This document shows positions 1-12,648 of a stretch of 64,000 nucleotides of DNA, piece after piece (the first letter of the stretch is position 1; each line of letters opens with the position of its first letter). The position numbers were made by a program, and so were the translations under genes. Below the pieces are notes generated by a model that searched no databases, was not told the DNA's origin, and saw only the letters and a list, made by a program, of their open reading frames with translations. This stretch comes from Sulfolobales archaeon HS-7 (GTDB lineage Archaea; Thermoproteota; Thermoprotei_A; Sulfolobales; Sulfolobaceae). The stretch is from contig AP024596.1 of the NCBI GenBank assembly GCA_019704295.1, positions 800,001-864,000 of the forward strand, written 5' to 3'.

Positions 1-339
1 TTAAAGTCATTACGCTAAAAAAGCTCATTTGCTAGCCTCAATTCTCAAAAATCACATTATTACTTCTAGCTACGATTAATAAACTGATTTTATATTGTCT
101 TCTTACATGTAATTAAACGAATTTTATTCCGTGCAAACTTGTCTTATAACTTTTTACCTTAGGTAATTACTTACGTTAATTGAACGTCGCATATATCGCA
201 TGTGGTTATACTATAAGCGTAAAGTTCATTGCATGTATAAAACCGCCATCAATCCCTGTGAAGTTTTCCATTGGTGGTGTAGAGCTAGAAAACCTGGCCC
301 TTCAGGATTTCTTATTTATAAGTTTATTCATTAAACGGA

Positions 340-636
340 TTACTCTTCAGTTTCTTCGTCTCCTTCTAACTCGTCTCTGAGCAATTCAAGTCCTACCTCT
401 CTGTAGTACTCTTCTCTCTCTTGTTCTAACTCATCTTTATTCTCCCTTGCATTCGTTTCACTTACTAATGAGGTCGTTAATATCTTATTTTTGCTTTTAT
501 TTTCACTAATATTATAATCCCTCTTATCCTTATTTGATATTTGCATTTCATATTTACACTTTGTACATCGTAAGTACTCCTTATCCTCTTTTTTATACGG
601 TACCATGAAGCCACCACATTTAGGACAGAATTTCAT
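340..636 (-). CDS. TFS/RpoM-family zinc-ribbon protein lacking the C-terminal ribbon (TFS2-like)
   Basis: Begins [17 protein letters not shown] (N-terminal Zn ribbon) and ends in an acidic tail. Start moved to the ATG at 636. Confidence 0.75.
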   Translation of the reverse strand: MKFCPKCGGFMVPYKKEDKEYLRCTKCKYEMQISNKDKRDYNISENKSKNKILTTSLVSETNARENKDELEQEREEYYREVGLELLRDELEGDEETEE

Positions 637-741
637 TCTCCCACTACTAAGCCTGATCTCTACTGTACTATAATATTTAAACATTTTTGCTAGTAAATTC
701 TTACCTTACAATTTACCAGAAGCTTAGTTTTGGTACACTTA

Positions 742-1410
742 CAGTGACCTTTCATTAATTCTACTAAACATGAGATAATCTCGAAAATACGGGAAAATCT
801 CGTTTGCAAGAGTTGAAATTAGTTAAATTTCCATTGAAGTAGAGAAAGGATTAATTTTTATCTTAGGAGAAGACGCGTAACCTAGTTTTTAGACGTATAG
901 TAATACCTTACTTATTATCAAGTGGGTAGAAATGAGGGCGTTAAAGTTTGAGCAAGGGACTTCCCGATTCTAGTTATGAGGAAAACCAAAATTATTAAAG
1001 GATAAGTCCCTCGCTAATGAACCAGTGTCGGAAGCGGTTAAGAATATTTCATCTAATCTCTAGCACATTATGAGGAGAATCAAATCGCTTTTTTCGAAAA
1101 CAGGGGAAAGGACTACATATCCCTTATAAGACAAGGGTAAACTAATGCACTTCGTTTTTGTCTTTAACACTCGGGAAGATCCTTACGACTTAGCTCAGGT
1201 TTACAGGTTGAGGTATAGAGGAAGGTTTCAAGACGAGTAAAGTTAGGATAGAACTCATCAGGAGGTTGTGGAATAAACTCTACTTGATCTACGTGCTCCT
1301 CGACACTTCCGGGAATCCGTACCTCTCCCTCTCGCTTAACCTCAAGGCGCAGGAGAAAAGCCCACAGCTTTCAACGAATTCGTTAACTTCCTCTAGCGGT
1401 TTTTTGAGCA
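742..1410 (+). mobile_element. Internally deleted, truncated ISH3-family IS relic (copy A)
   Basis: Colinear with the reverse complement of the 43829-45219 element, e.g. GTAACCTAGTTTTT..GTATAGTAATACCTT..ATTATCAAGTGGGTAGAAATGAGG. Degenerate CAGT terminus at 742. Confidence 0.85.
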
Positions 1411-1449
1411 ACCCAGAATGGGTCAACGGCCCACATAGAATATTGATTT

Positions 1450-3342
<1,893 letters not shown>

Positions 3343-3431
3343 TTAATATCACCACTTAAAAAACCCTAGAAACAGGTATGTGATAGATTAATTTAATAGT
3401 TATAAATCTTTTTCTGATCTAGGAACTAACT

Positions 3432-4487
3432 GTGGATTCAGTTGAACATATTATAGGTTTGCCTATGCGAGTCTATATAGGTCATGGCATAGTCCGAAAC
3501 CTTGAAATTTATTTAGAACAGCTTAGAGCTACTAATTGTAATTTTCTCGTGATCACAGGACCCCATGTTAGGTCGATACTAGAAAGCGCTGTATCGGAAT
3601 TCTTCATGAAAAATACCGTTGATGTTATAACGGTTGAAAAGGCCGACCTAGACGAAGTAGAAAAAGTAGAAGAGATATTGAAACAAACCTCTTCTAAAGT
3701 TATCATAGGCGTTGGTGGAGGGAAAGTCATAGACGTGGCTAAATATACTGCGTATAGAGCTAACGTTGATTTCATAAGTGTACCTACTTCTCCTTCTCAC
3801 GATGGAATAACATCTCCCTTTGCCTCCATAAAGGGTCTAGGAAGGCCAATATCTGTTAAGGCTAAGGAGCCTCTTGCAATAATAGCGGATATAGAAGTTT
3901 TAGCTAAGGCACCTTCTAGGCTGATAAAGGCCGGCATTGGCGACACGATAGGAAAGATAATCTCTATAAGAGATTGGCAGCTGGCTCATAAGTTAAGAGG
4001 AGAATATTACGCTAGTTATACAGCATCGTTAGCACTACTATCTGCCAAGCATTCCCTTAGCGCAGCCAAACTATTAAATGTAAATAGAGTTGAGGCGGTA
4101 AGGATACTAATGGAAGCGTTAATAAGCAGCGGAGTGGCGATGGGTATGGCGGGTAGTAGCAGACCCGCTAGTGGTTCTGAACATCTGTTCGCTCATGCGG
4201 TTGAAGTATTAGAACCAGGTACTGCTCTTCATGGCGAACTTGTTGGTATAGGAACAATAATCATGTCGTACATACATAACCTAAATTGGAGGAAGATAAG
4301 GCGAACTCTGTCAGAAATTGATTTTCCAGTTACAGCTAAGCAGTTAGGGATAAAAGAAGAGTCGTTTATAAAGGCTTTAACAATAGCTCATACAATACGA
4401 CCAGAAAGATTTACCATTCTTGGTGACAAGGGAATTACTGAACATGCTGCTATTAATATATTAAAGTCCACTGGTATAATCCAATAA
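3432..4487 (+). CDS. egsA: sn-glycerol-1-phosphate dehydrogenase
   Basis: [41 protein letters not shown] motifs. Confidence 0.95.
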   Translation: MDSVEHIIGLPMRVYIGHGIVRNLEIYLEQLRATNCNFLVITGPHVRSILESAVSEFFMKNTVDVITVEKADLDEVEKVEEILKQTSSKVIIGVGGGKVIDVAKYTAYRANVDFISVPTSPSHDGITSPFASIKGLGRPISVKAKEPLAIIADIEVLAKAPSRLIKAGIGDTIGKIISIRDWQLAHKLRGEYYASYTASLALLSAKHSLSAAKLLNVNRVEAVRILMEALISSGVAMGMAGSSRPASGSEHLFAHAVEVLEPGTALHGELVGIGTIIMSYIHNLNWRKIRRTLSEIDFPVTAKQLGIKEESFIKALTIAHTIRPERFTILGDKGITEHAAINILKSTGIIQ

Positions 4488-4488
4488 G

Positions 4489-4662
4489 TTATCCGTTAGG
4501 AGAACATAGCGATTCAGAGTTCTTTTACTAATATAATTAATGACTGATAAAAGAGTAAATTGCTAAGCTTAAATCCCCCATGCCGTCATTGCGGTGCTAT
4601 TGAATTAAATTTGTTACAATTCTGGAAATAAACCTTATTCGCAAAGGAAACGTAAATTTCCT
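4489..4662. mobile_element. MITE family 1, degenerate copy
   Basis: Aligns by eye to 27595-27760 (AGTAAATT..TTAAATCCC..TATTGAATT.AATTTGTTAC..ATTCGCAA.GGA.ACGTAAAT). Ends are approximate. Confidence 0.6.
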
Positions 4663-4833
4663 ATTCACAATTATCTTAAGGTATATTTTATATATGTTTG
4701 AATTATCATTTCGATTATAAACACTATGATATAGAAATCATAATACTGAAAGTTAAGTTCAATAATCAGTATTGGTATCATGATAGAAAAAGTAAGAGAT
4801 AAATTTATTAAGCGATTATTTCTATATATTCAT

Positions 4834-5238
4834 ATGAGCCTTGAGAAAACTGAGTTAAGTGCAGAAAATAGAATCAGATTACCTTCAGGAAAAGATGCGG
4901 GATTAGCGGACGTACTTGCATTTTGCTACGGGTTATCTGAGACTGATGTCCAAGTTCTTATGGATCTAATGAAAGGTGATGCAAAAGGAACTGAAGAATT
5001 AGAAAGTGAGCTGAAATTAAGTAAGGCATCAATAAATAGAAGTTTAAATAAACTGTTAGAAATGGAGTTTGCAATGCGCATAAAAGAGTCTGGAAATAAG
5101 GCTGGAAGACCAAGGTATTTGTATAAAGCCAGAGATTATAAGGAGCTAAAAGAAAGGATAATGTCCGATATCGAAGGATGCGGTAACGCAATGGAAAAAC
5201 TAGTCGAAAAAAGTTTTTTGGATAAAGATTTATCTTGA
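4834..5238 (+). CDS. Lrs14/AbfR1-family winged-helix regulator
   Basis: RLPSGK..FCYGLSETD, KASINRSLNKL, GRPRYLY. Start moved to the ATG at 4834. Confidence 0.85.
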   Translation: MSLEKTELSAENRIRLPSGKDAGLADVLAFCYGLSETDVQVLMDLMKGDAKGTEELESELKLSKASINRSLNKLLEMEFAMRIKESGNKAGRPRYLYKARDYKELKERIMSDIEGCGNAMEKLVEKSFLDKDLS

Positions 5239-5644
5239 CGTAAGTTAAGGAGAAGATCCGTAAGGATAGATGGCGCCTTTATTCAAATACGAGTTTGCTG
5301 AGTGAGATGTTATTATATTCGATCAAGAGGTAACCTTTATTGAGATACCTGAGCCGGGATTGATATGGCATGTCTGAACTTCAAATTAATGGTAATGCAT
5401 GAGATTTCATGAACGCGGAGTTGAATGCTAAATGGTACCCTTAGCGTCGGTAGATCTCTTTGGATAATGTGGAGATGCCGTAAAACTTCTCCGTAAGATA
5501 TGTAGCCCATATTGTGTAGATATTGCCGATAGTTAATTTTTAATAATTTATTAAATAAGAGCTTATAATACTTATTGCGTAATGTATAGGGTACTCATAA
5601 CATGAAGTTAAAAACGATAACTTAAAGTATAGTGTTGACCTATT

Positions 5645-6271
5645 ATGTCAATCCAAGCCCAACTCAAGAAATATGAGTTACCCCCTTTACCGTATAAGAC
5701 AACGGATCTAGAACCATATATAAAAGGAGAAATTGTAGACGTTCATTACAACGGTCATCATAAAGGTTACGTAAATGCTAGTAATACCTACGTGGAGCGA
5801 TTAGAGAAGGTGATCAAGGGCGAAGTTACGAGTTATGACATTCAAGGATTAATGAGGATGCTTGTTTTTAATATAAATGGACATAAACTTCATTCTCTTT
5901 ATTGGAACAATATGGCACCGCAAGGCAAGGGAGGGGGAAAGCCGGGAGGAAAGTTAGCCGATCTAATCGAAAAACAGTATGGCAATTTTGATAACTTTAA
6001 GAAAATATTTACAGAAACGGCAAACTCACTACCAGGGACAGGATGGACAGTGTTATATTATGATTATGAAAACGGAAATCTTCAGCTAATGACTTTCGAA
6101 AATCACTTCCAAAACCATATCGCTGAACTTCCCATTGTTCTTATATTAGATGAATTCGAACATGCTTATTATTTACAATACAAGAATAAGAGGGCAGACT
6201 ACGTAGGCGCTTGGTGGAATGTAGTTAACTGGGACGATGCAGAAAAGAAGCTGCAAAAATTCGTTAAATAG
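5645..6271 (+). CDS. sod: Fe-superoxide dismutase
   Basis: [30 protein letters not shown]. Confidence 0.97.
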   Translation: MSIQAQLKKYELPPLPYKTTDLEPYIKGEIVDVHYNGHHKGYVNASNTYVERLEKVIKGEVTSYDIQGLMRMLVFNINGHKLHSLYWNNMAPQGKGGGKPGGKLADLIEKQYGNFDNFKKIFTETANSLPGTGWTVLYYDYENGNLQLMTFENHFQNHIAELPIVLILDEFEHAYYLQYKNKRADYVGAWWNVVNWDDAEKKLQKFVK

Positions 6272-6319
6272 TCTTCTAAAATCAACTGAATTTTTTATTA
6301 TAGCATACATATATGATGC

Positions 6320-7393
6320 ATGGTCTATGCAGTAGTAGTTGCTGGAGGCTATGCGACTAGGCTTAGACCTCTAAGTCTAACTCTCCCAAAGGCTCTTTTT
6401 CCTATACTAGGTAAACCAATAATAGACTATACAATAGATGGACTTTTACAAATTAGCCCTAGTAGAATTCTGATTGCAGCAAGAGTTATGGCGGATAGAT
6501 TAATCAACTACTATAAGGGGACCGGCATTACATTTGAAGTTGAAAAAGAACCATTGGGAGATGGAGGATCATTAGGAGTTATAGTAAGGAAGTTTAATAT
6601 TAATGAGCCTGTAGTTGTAGTTTATGGAGATATATATTCGGAGATGGATTATAGCGAGCTATTGAAATTTCATGAAAAACATAACTGTGAATGCACACTT
6701 GTAAGCACTCGGGTTAAAGATCCCAGAAGATATGGGGTAATCATCAAAAAAGATAATTATGTTGAGAATATTATAGAAAAACCTTCGGAGAATATTTCAG
6801 ATTTAATAAATGCTGGTATCTACGTTTTCCGCCCTAAAGTATTAGCTAATATAAGCGGAAAGGTATCAATAGCAAGGGATATTTTACCATCATTATTGAG
6901 GAACGGATGTATAGCCGCTTACGAGTATAAAGGAATTTGGGCTGATATCGGAGTCCCTAAAGCTTACATGAAACTAAATGCAGACTTACTAATTACCAAA
7001 TATCCTAGGGGTTATATAAGTAACTCTGCAAAAATTAGTGAAAAAACTACACTCTATCCCCCATATTTTATAGATAACAATACAAATATTCGGGAAGATT
7101 CCGTTATAGAACCTTTAACGGTAATAGGAAAAGATAACGAAATAGGAAAAATGGTTTTCCTGTCAGAATCAGTACTTATGGACCGTATAAACGTAGGCGA
7201 CTCCACTTTTATAAAAAGCTCCATTATAGGGAATAATACTAAAATAGGGAAATGGGTCCATATTCGGGAAGATTCCATCTTAGGAGAAGAAGTAATAATA
7301 AATGATACCGTACTCTTAAACCAAAATACAATAGTTTTGCCCAATAAGGAGATAAGTTCATCAATTTACGAAAGGGGAAGGATAATCTTATGA
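6320..7393 (+). CDS. NDP-sugar pyrophosphorylase (mannose-1-P guanylyltransferase-like) with left-handed beta-helix
   Basis: AGGYATRLRPLS..PKAL, EKP, C-terminal hexapeptide repeats. Confidence 0.9.
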   Translation: MVYAVVVAGGYATRLRPLSLTLPKALFPILGKPIIDYTIDGLLQISPSRILIAARVMADRLINYYKGTGITFEVEKEPLGDGGSLGVIVRKFNINEPVVVVYGDIYSEMDYSELLKFHEKHNCECTLVSTRVKDPRRYGVIIKKDNYVENIIEKPSENISDLINAGIYVFRPKVLANISGKVSIARDILPSLLRNGCIAAYEYKGIWADIGVPKAYMKLNADLLITKYPRGYISNSAKISEKTTLYPPYFIDNNTNIREDSVIEPLTVIGKDNEIGKMVFLSESVLMDRINVGDSTFIKSSIIGNNTKIGKWVHIREDSILGEEVIINDTVLLNQNTIVLPNKEISSSIYERGRIIL

Positions 7394-8085
7394 TCCTAGA
7401 TGAGATCATAGATGAATTATCCTTCTTTATTAAGAGAAATAAGATATTAAATTGTTGTATAAGTCCTTTTTATACTGCTGTTACTACTGAGGCTGGCGTA
7501 GGTATTGCTCACACTATAATTTCAGGAGAAAATAAGTTATCTGGAAAAATAGTAGGTCTTCAGTTAGACGAGTTAGTAAAAAATAGAGACATGACATACA
7601 ATTCAATAATAGTGGCTGCTCTAAACGCGATTACGATAAGCAAGGATTGGGAAGAAGGGGACATTTCGGATAAACTACAAGGAGGTAAGCTATGTATATT
7701 CGGATATAATCCAAGGCGTACTTATCCACAATTTAAAAAGATTGTGGTTTACGATTTTGCCTTAACTAGTAGTAAAGAAGATAGCGAGATAATTTTAAAC
7801 CCTTTTTCGAGTTTCAGAGAGGAAGAATGTGATTCCGCGATAATATACGGTTCTACGTTAGTTAATAATACTATTGACGATATAATCAATCATTTAGAGG
7901 CCGAGAATGTAGTCTTATCTGGAGTGTCAGTGATCGATTCACCACATACTTTAAAAAAATACCATTTTACACATATAGTTAAACCCTTTTTCATGGATAA
8001 TTTATTAGCGTTTAGAACAGTTTGTGAGGGGGGTAGTAATACAAATTTAAAGCCTTTAGTGATCTATAAGACTAAAAAAATTTAA
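7390..8085 (+). CDS. DUF364-like Rossmann-fold protein
   Basis: YTAV..GIAH, AALNA, IIYGSTLVNNTID pattern. Coupled to the upstream gene by an ATGA overlap. Confidence 0.65.
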   Translation: MILDEIIDELSFFIKRNKILNCCISPFYTAVTTEAGVGIAHTIISGENKLSGKIVGLQLDELVKNRDMTYNSIIVAALNAITISKDWEEGDISDKLQGGKLCIFGYNPRRTYPQFKKIVVYDFALTSSKEDSEIILNPFSSFREEECDSAIIYGSTLVNNTIDDIINHLEAENVVLSGVSVIDSPHTLKKYHFTHIVKPFFMDNLLAFRTVCEGGSNTNLKPLVIYKTKKI

Positions 8086-9250
8086 TTTCAAACATAGTTG
8101 ACTCCTTACATTCTCCTTGATATAGATATGCATTACATTCGATCCCAGGCACGTATTGGATCCTTATATCTTCAAGATCGTCCCTTTTTCCATTAGTTTT
8201 TATTCCCTCATAGATTTTAATATAGGCAATACTATTTCTAGCCATAACGGATGTTGAAGAAGTTAAAGAAAAGGATGAGTTAATTGCCTTACTAGCTAAA
8301 TTTGAATACCTTTCATCCCCGGTTATTAGAAAAAGTCTACTATACGCGATAGCTAGCTCGGAATTAGCAAACGGATCGATGTAAGGAACTCTCGTTAGTT
8401 TATCAAAACCTGGGCAATCCAAATATCCTTTCTCCGTAGAGAGGGTATTCTCTACGAAATCAAGCACCTTTTTAGTAATACTAAGATATTTTTCTTCTCC
8501 TGTAACAGAAAACATTGATATCAACGCGTCAGCCGTAAGAGCCTGATCAATGAGATATCCGCTATACTGTTCGCGTATTGAACGTTTTACGCTGCCGTTT
8601 GTTTCTATCCTTTTAATCAGGAGATCTGATAACAACTCGGAAAATTTTACGTATAATGCTATTTCGTCAGAGTAGTTGTTATCTGTTACAGGCTGAAGTT
8701 CATTAACTTCCTGTTTACCTAATACAATATTTGAGAAAATATCTATACCATTAAATTTGTTGATCCAGTTTCCTGGGTTATATTTATGATATAACTTAAG
8801 TAGTGAGCTCATTCTAAAATCGACATTTCTCATTCCCAAAATTTCATTTATAGTTTGAATTACGTCTACGTCAGAAAATGTAAGTAACTCGTCAGGACTA
8901 ACAGAGGGGATTTTTATGGGCTCTATAATTTCTTTTTTATCATAAATATCTCTTAAAATATCAGATATTTCCTTCACATTACTTCCCTCAATAATTGCTA
9001 TAATGTCACCCTCCTGCGATAGCACGGTTAAAGTCGGTATAACGCCTCTCGTTAGTCTAATGAAATGGCCTAAATGAGTTCTACTATTTAGTGTGATGAA
9101 TATGTATTTCTTAGTAATATCCAACGATCTTATATATTTCTCAATATGTTCACATTCCACACATCCATTATCAGAAAAAAGAACTATTATGTTTTTTCCA
9201 TAAAACTCTGCATCCTTAAGTGTATCATCTATTAAAACCATTTTACTCAC
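8072..9250 (-). CDS. Thioredoxin-domain (CxxC) + YyaL/DUF255-like helical protein
   Basis: CVEC near the N-terminus; YLIDQA..L..TGEEKY and L..ITGDERY..A repeats. Confidence 0.65.
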   Translation of the reverse strand: MSKMVLIDDTLKDAEFYGKNIIVLFSDNGCVECEHIEKYIRSLDITKKYIFITLNSRTHLGHFIRLTRGVIPTLTVLSQEGDIIAIIEGSNVKEISDILRDIYDKKEIIEPIKIPSVSPDELLTFSDVDVIQTINEILGMRNVDFRMSSLLKLYHKYNPGNWINKFNGIDIFSNIVLGKQEVNELQPVTDNNYSDEIALYVKFSELLSDLLIKRIETNGSVKRSIREQYSGYLIDQALTADALISMFSVTGEEKYLSITKKVLDFVENTLSTEKGYLDCPGFDKLTRVPYIDPFANSELAIAYSRLFLITGDERYSNLASKAINSSFSLTSSTSVMARNSIAYIKIYEGIKTNGKRDDLEDIRIQYVPGIECNAYLYQGECKESTMFEIKFF

Positions 9251-9344
9251 GTTATGTAGTTCATTGAATTTAATAAGTTACGTAATCTCAAGTCACATTG
9301 TTTTAAAGAGACGTTATTTCGGATATTATGAATGCTCTTAAGGT

Positions 9345-9418
9345 AGCCGCCGGTGGGGTTTGAACCCACGACCACCGGCTTACGAGGCCGGCGCTCTACC
9401 GAGCTGAGCTACGGCGGC
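9345..9418 (-). tRNA. tRNA-Thr(CGT)
   Basis: GCCGCCG acceptor stem, anticodon arm CCGGC-CT CGT AA-GCCGG, GTTCAAA T-loop. Confidence 0.95.
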
Positions 9419-9421
9419 ACA

Positions 9422-9506
9422 TGCGGGGGATGGGACTTGAACCCACGCAGGTCTACACCATCGGGTCCTGAGCCCGACCCCTTTGACCAAGCTCGGGCAC
9501 CCCCGC
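9422..9506 (-). tRNA. tRNA-Leu(CAG)
   Basis: GCGGGGG acceptor, TCGGG-CT CAG GA-CCCGA, long variable arm. Confidence 0.95.
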
Positions 9507-9819
9507 TCACTATTCAATATAAAATAAAAATATTTATCATTAACTTAGTTAGTGTTATCAGGGACAATTCAGGCCTCCTTTCTTGATTACAATAATTCTC
9601 TTTAATAATATAATCTTTAACTTAATTATAACTGTTAATCCGTGCTATCAGAGGGTCGTTCACTCATCAATTGCTAATTCTTTATCAGAAAGTGATTTAA
9701 GGTCTTCAATCGCAAAAACTCTCTAATAACTTTTAACGCTGGTAACGTAAAACTCATCAAAGTGTTGTAAAAGTTGAAATAATATAAAAACCACCAATGA
9801 GAAGGATATTATTATAACT

Positions 9820-10356
9820 TCATTTACGTTCTAATGGTTTATCAGTGCCAGCTATTTCCTTTAATCTAATATCGCCACCAATAAGTTTTACATATTTGAC
9901 TACAAACTCTGGAACAGCTTCTATCCAAGACGGATCAGAGATAATTATTTGCTTTCGAATTAAAGTGGAATTATATTTTTCTCTATTATATAGGGGTGGT
10001 TCAAGTACGTCAAAGTCAGCTTCTCTAAATAGCCTATTGACTAAAGGATTTCTAGCAATAACAGCATTAAATTTTGGTACGTACATCTTTACATGATAAA
10101 CCCATACACCATTCATTAAAATATCTGGGATCGGTATTAGTATTACCCTATCAGCGGGAATCTTTTGTTCTCTTAATGTACCGTTAATCATTTCTATTCT
10201 TTCTCCGGCTGTGAACGGATTACTAAGAGTGTGACTCTCTTGAGCACTACCAATTAGAACTATTAGCTCATCAACTCGTTCAAGTCCCCACTTTATTACG
10301 TTCATATGCCCTAAATGAAATGGCTGAAATCTTCCTGGGTATATTCCTCTATACAT
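9820..10356 (-). CDS. nadM: Nicotinamide-nucleotide adenylyltransferase
   Basis: [24 protein letters not shown]. Confidence 0.93.
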   Translation of the reverse strand: MYRGIYPGRFQPFHLGHMNVIKWGLERVDELIVLIGSAQESHTLSNPFTAGERIEMINGTLREQKIPADRVILIPIPDILMNGVWVYHVKMYVPKFNAVIARNPLVNRLFREADFDVLEPPLYNREKYNSTLIRKQIIISDPSWIEAVPEFVVKYVKLIGGDIRLKEIAGTDKPLERK

Positions 10357-11105
10357 ATTTCGTCACCCTCTTTTACGTTTAAAACATTAGCCGCACTATC
10401 TTCTCTTAATCCAATCTCTAAAAAACCGTAACCGTTTTCATATACTAATAATTCTCCCCTTCCAGCATATCCAAAGGACTTAACTTGTTTTACCTTTACC
10501 TCGTTATCTTTTATTAGAACTCTACTAATGTGATTTACAACTGAAAAAGGAATATTTGTAGCAACGTTTCCAAAATGATCTATAAACACAACTCTACCTA
10601 AATGTTTATTTTTCTCTTTACTGTATTGGAACGGAATCTTTTCTATCTTAGTAAGTTTTTCACCAAATATTTCCATCGACAAACCTAGACTAAGAAAAGC
10701 AGAGGCTACAGCGAATATATCCCTACCATGAAAAGTATTTGATATAGAATGAGACAAATACAAGTTACTATTAGTGAAATTTCTTATTTCTACTATCTTA
10801 TCATGATTAGCTGCCCAGCTTAAGACGCCGTTATCCGGACCAACAAAGTAATAGTTTTTAGTTTTGACTATTATAGCCTTTCGGGAAGTACCAACACCAG
10901 GGTCTACTACTACAGTAAATATAGTCTTTCTCGGAAAATATTTGAAACTAGTATATAACTGGTAGGCTGCAGCTATTACATTAAAATTTTTTGATTGAGG
11001 AGTTATAAACTCTACATTAGCGTAAGGATTTAGTTTCTTTATTGTTGCTACTACAACTCCGTTATAGTTATCGGTTACTCCAAAATCAGTGAGAACTGCT
11101 ATCAT
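10311..11105 (-). CDS. SAM hydroxide adenosyltransferase (DUF62)
   Basis: LTDFG, VVDPGVG, GPDNG, TFHGRD, IDHFGN. Confidence 0.92.
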   Translation of the reverse strand: MIAVLTDFGVTDNYNGVVVATIKKLNPYANVEFITPQSKNFNVIAAAYQLYTSFKYFPRKTIFTVVVDPGVGTSRKAIIVKTKNYYFVGPDNGVLSWAANHDKIVEIRNFTNSNLYLSHSISNTFHGRDIFAVASAFLSLGLSMEIFGEKLTKIEKIPFQYSKEKNKHLGRVVFIDHFGNVATNIPFSVVNHISRVLIKDNEVKVKQVKSFGYAGRGELLVYENGYGFLEIGLREDSAANVLNVKEGDEICIEEYTQEDFSHFI

Positions 11106-11631
11106 TTTCTAACACCATCTCTAGATACGATCTGTATTCTATCACCCCATTAATATTTAAAGCATATAACATCTCTTTGGCTAATTCCAGTAACTCTTTA
11201 TCATTATTTGAAGGACTTTCGAATTCAATGAAATGCCCTAAATTATCCACTTCGTCAAGAGAGATTATAACATCTTTGTACGCAAAATTTTTTCTATATT
11301 TCTTGACTACCGCTTTTATATAATAACCTAATTTTCCTAATATCTCTATCATCTTTTCGCTTGAATCAATTCTTACGGTTATTTCTTCCCTAATCTTAGG
11401 TTCCCTCGACACCTTAGGTCCCTTATAAGTTAATTCAATTTTCTCATTAGTTTTTCTTACTCTGAGGGCATCATCTAGGCGTCTAAAGTCGTGAAAATCG
11501 GAATTGAAATAGTAATCGATCTGGATTTCATCATTCAAGTATTCTGCAATCTCCTTGAGGCGCTCTCCTAAAGACTCTAAACTCTGTGGGCTATATATTC
11601 TATATTTAACCTCCCTTTCGATATAGTTCAT
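11086..11631 (-). CDS. CYTH-domain (class IV adenylate cyclase-like) protein
   Basis: ExExK (IEREVKY), LRVR, TYKGP, LGHFIEFE. Confidence 0.9.
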   Translation of the reverse strand: MNYIEREVKYRIYSPQSLESLGERLKEIAEYLNDEIQIDYYFNSDFHDFRRLDDALRVRKTNEKIELTYKGPKVSREPKIREEITVRIDSSEKMIEILGKLGYYIKAVVKKYRKNFAYKDVIISLDEVDNLGHFIEFESPSNNDKELLELAKEMLYALNINGVIEYRSYLEMVLENDSSSH

Positions 11632-11637
11632 TGATAT

Positions 11638-12645
11638 ATGAAACGTTATCAAGATATAAAAGACCTAATTGGAGTGCTTAGATCCTCAGAGTTATCAAAA
11701 CAGCTAGCTATAAAGTTCGATTTTAGAGATTATATGATCGAAAGATATCTGAGGATGTTTGGAAAGGATGAGACACTAGAGTTCTTAAATAGCTGTAGTA
11801 TTCCTCTTAGTAAAAGCATTCGATGTAACGATTTGAAAGTGGAATGCGGGAGGTTAGTGGAAGCAATGAGAAAAAAGGGATTTGTTTTAACTAAAGTTAA
11901 ATGGATTCCACATGGATATATTATTGAGAAGAAGCCTGCACGTCCATCTCTTGGAGCTACAATTGAGTATCTCATGGGTTACTACTACATTCAGGGACTT
12001 GCTTCAATGATTCCTGCATATCTTTTAGAACCTGCCGAGACGGATTTCATTTTAGATATGGCGGCGGCCCCTGGAGGAAAAACTACTCAAATAGGTCAAC
12101 TTATGAAAAATAGGGGTAATATTCTGGCTATAGAGAAGTCAAAGAGCAGGGCTAGAGCTCTTAGAGAAAATCTTAGAAGAATGGGGATTGAAAACGTCGT
12201 GGTATTAAGAAGTGATGTTGAAGTTGTAACAAAATTAGGTATACAGTTTAGTAAAATACTTCTCGACGCACCCTGTACTGCTGAGGGCTTAATACCTATT
12301 AAACCCGAAAGACGTAAAAGTCGTTCGTTTGACGATATACTATATTTAAATAAAGTACAAACTAGATTAATAGATATTGCATCTTCTGTCCTTAAGGAAG
12401 GTGGAAGATTAGTCTATTCAACTTGTTCTATAGGAGTAGAGGAAAATGAAGCGGTAATAGAATACGCAATATCAAAATACAATTATAAGATTCTGAATTT
12501 TACTACATTTCCGTCGTCAAAAGGTATAGTAGAATATGGCGATGTAAAATTTTCTGATGAAATAGAGAAGTGTATGAGGTTTTATCCTCATAAACAAGGT
12601 ACTGAGGGTTTTTTTATATGTGTACTTGAGAAGGAGGAAAAATGA
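11638..12645 (+). CDS. RsmB/NOP2-family RNA m5C methyltransferase
   Basis: LDMAAAPGGKT, LLDAPC, YSTCS..EENE, EGFF. Confidence 0.93.
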   Translation: MKRYQDIKDLIGVLRSSELSKQLAIKFDFRDYMIERYLRMFGKDETLEFLNSCSIPLSKSIRCNDLKVECGRLVEAMRKKGFVLTKVKWIPHGYIIEKKPARPSLGATIEYLMGYYYIQGLASMIPAYLLEPAETDFILDMAAAPGGKTTQIGQLMKNRGNILAIEKSKSRARALRENLRRMGIENVVVLRSDVEVVTKLGIQFSKILLDAPCTAEGLIPIKPERRKSRSFDDILYLNKVQTRLIDIASSVLKEGGRLVYSTCSIGVEENEAVIEYAISKYNYKILNFTTFPSSKGIVEYGDVKFSDEIEKCMRFYPHKQGTEGFFICVLEKEEK

Positions 12646-12648
12646 GAA

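Noticed and set aside
9353-9586. 77-aa ORF on + strand
   Set aside because: Antisense shadow of the two tRNA genes.
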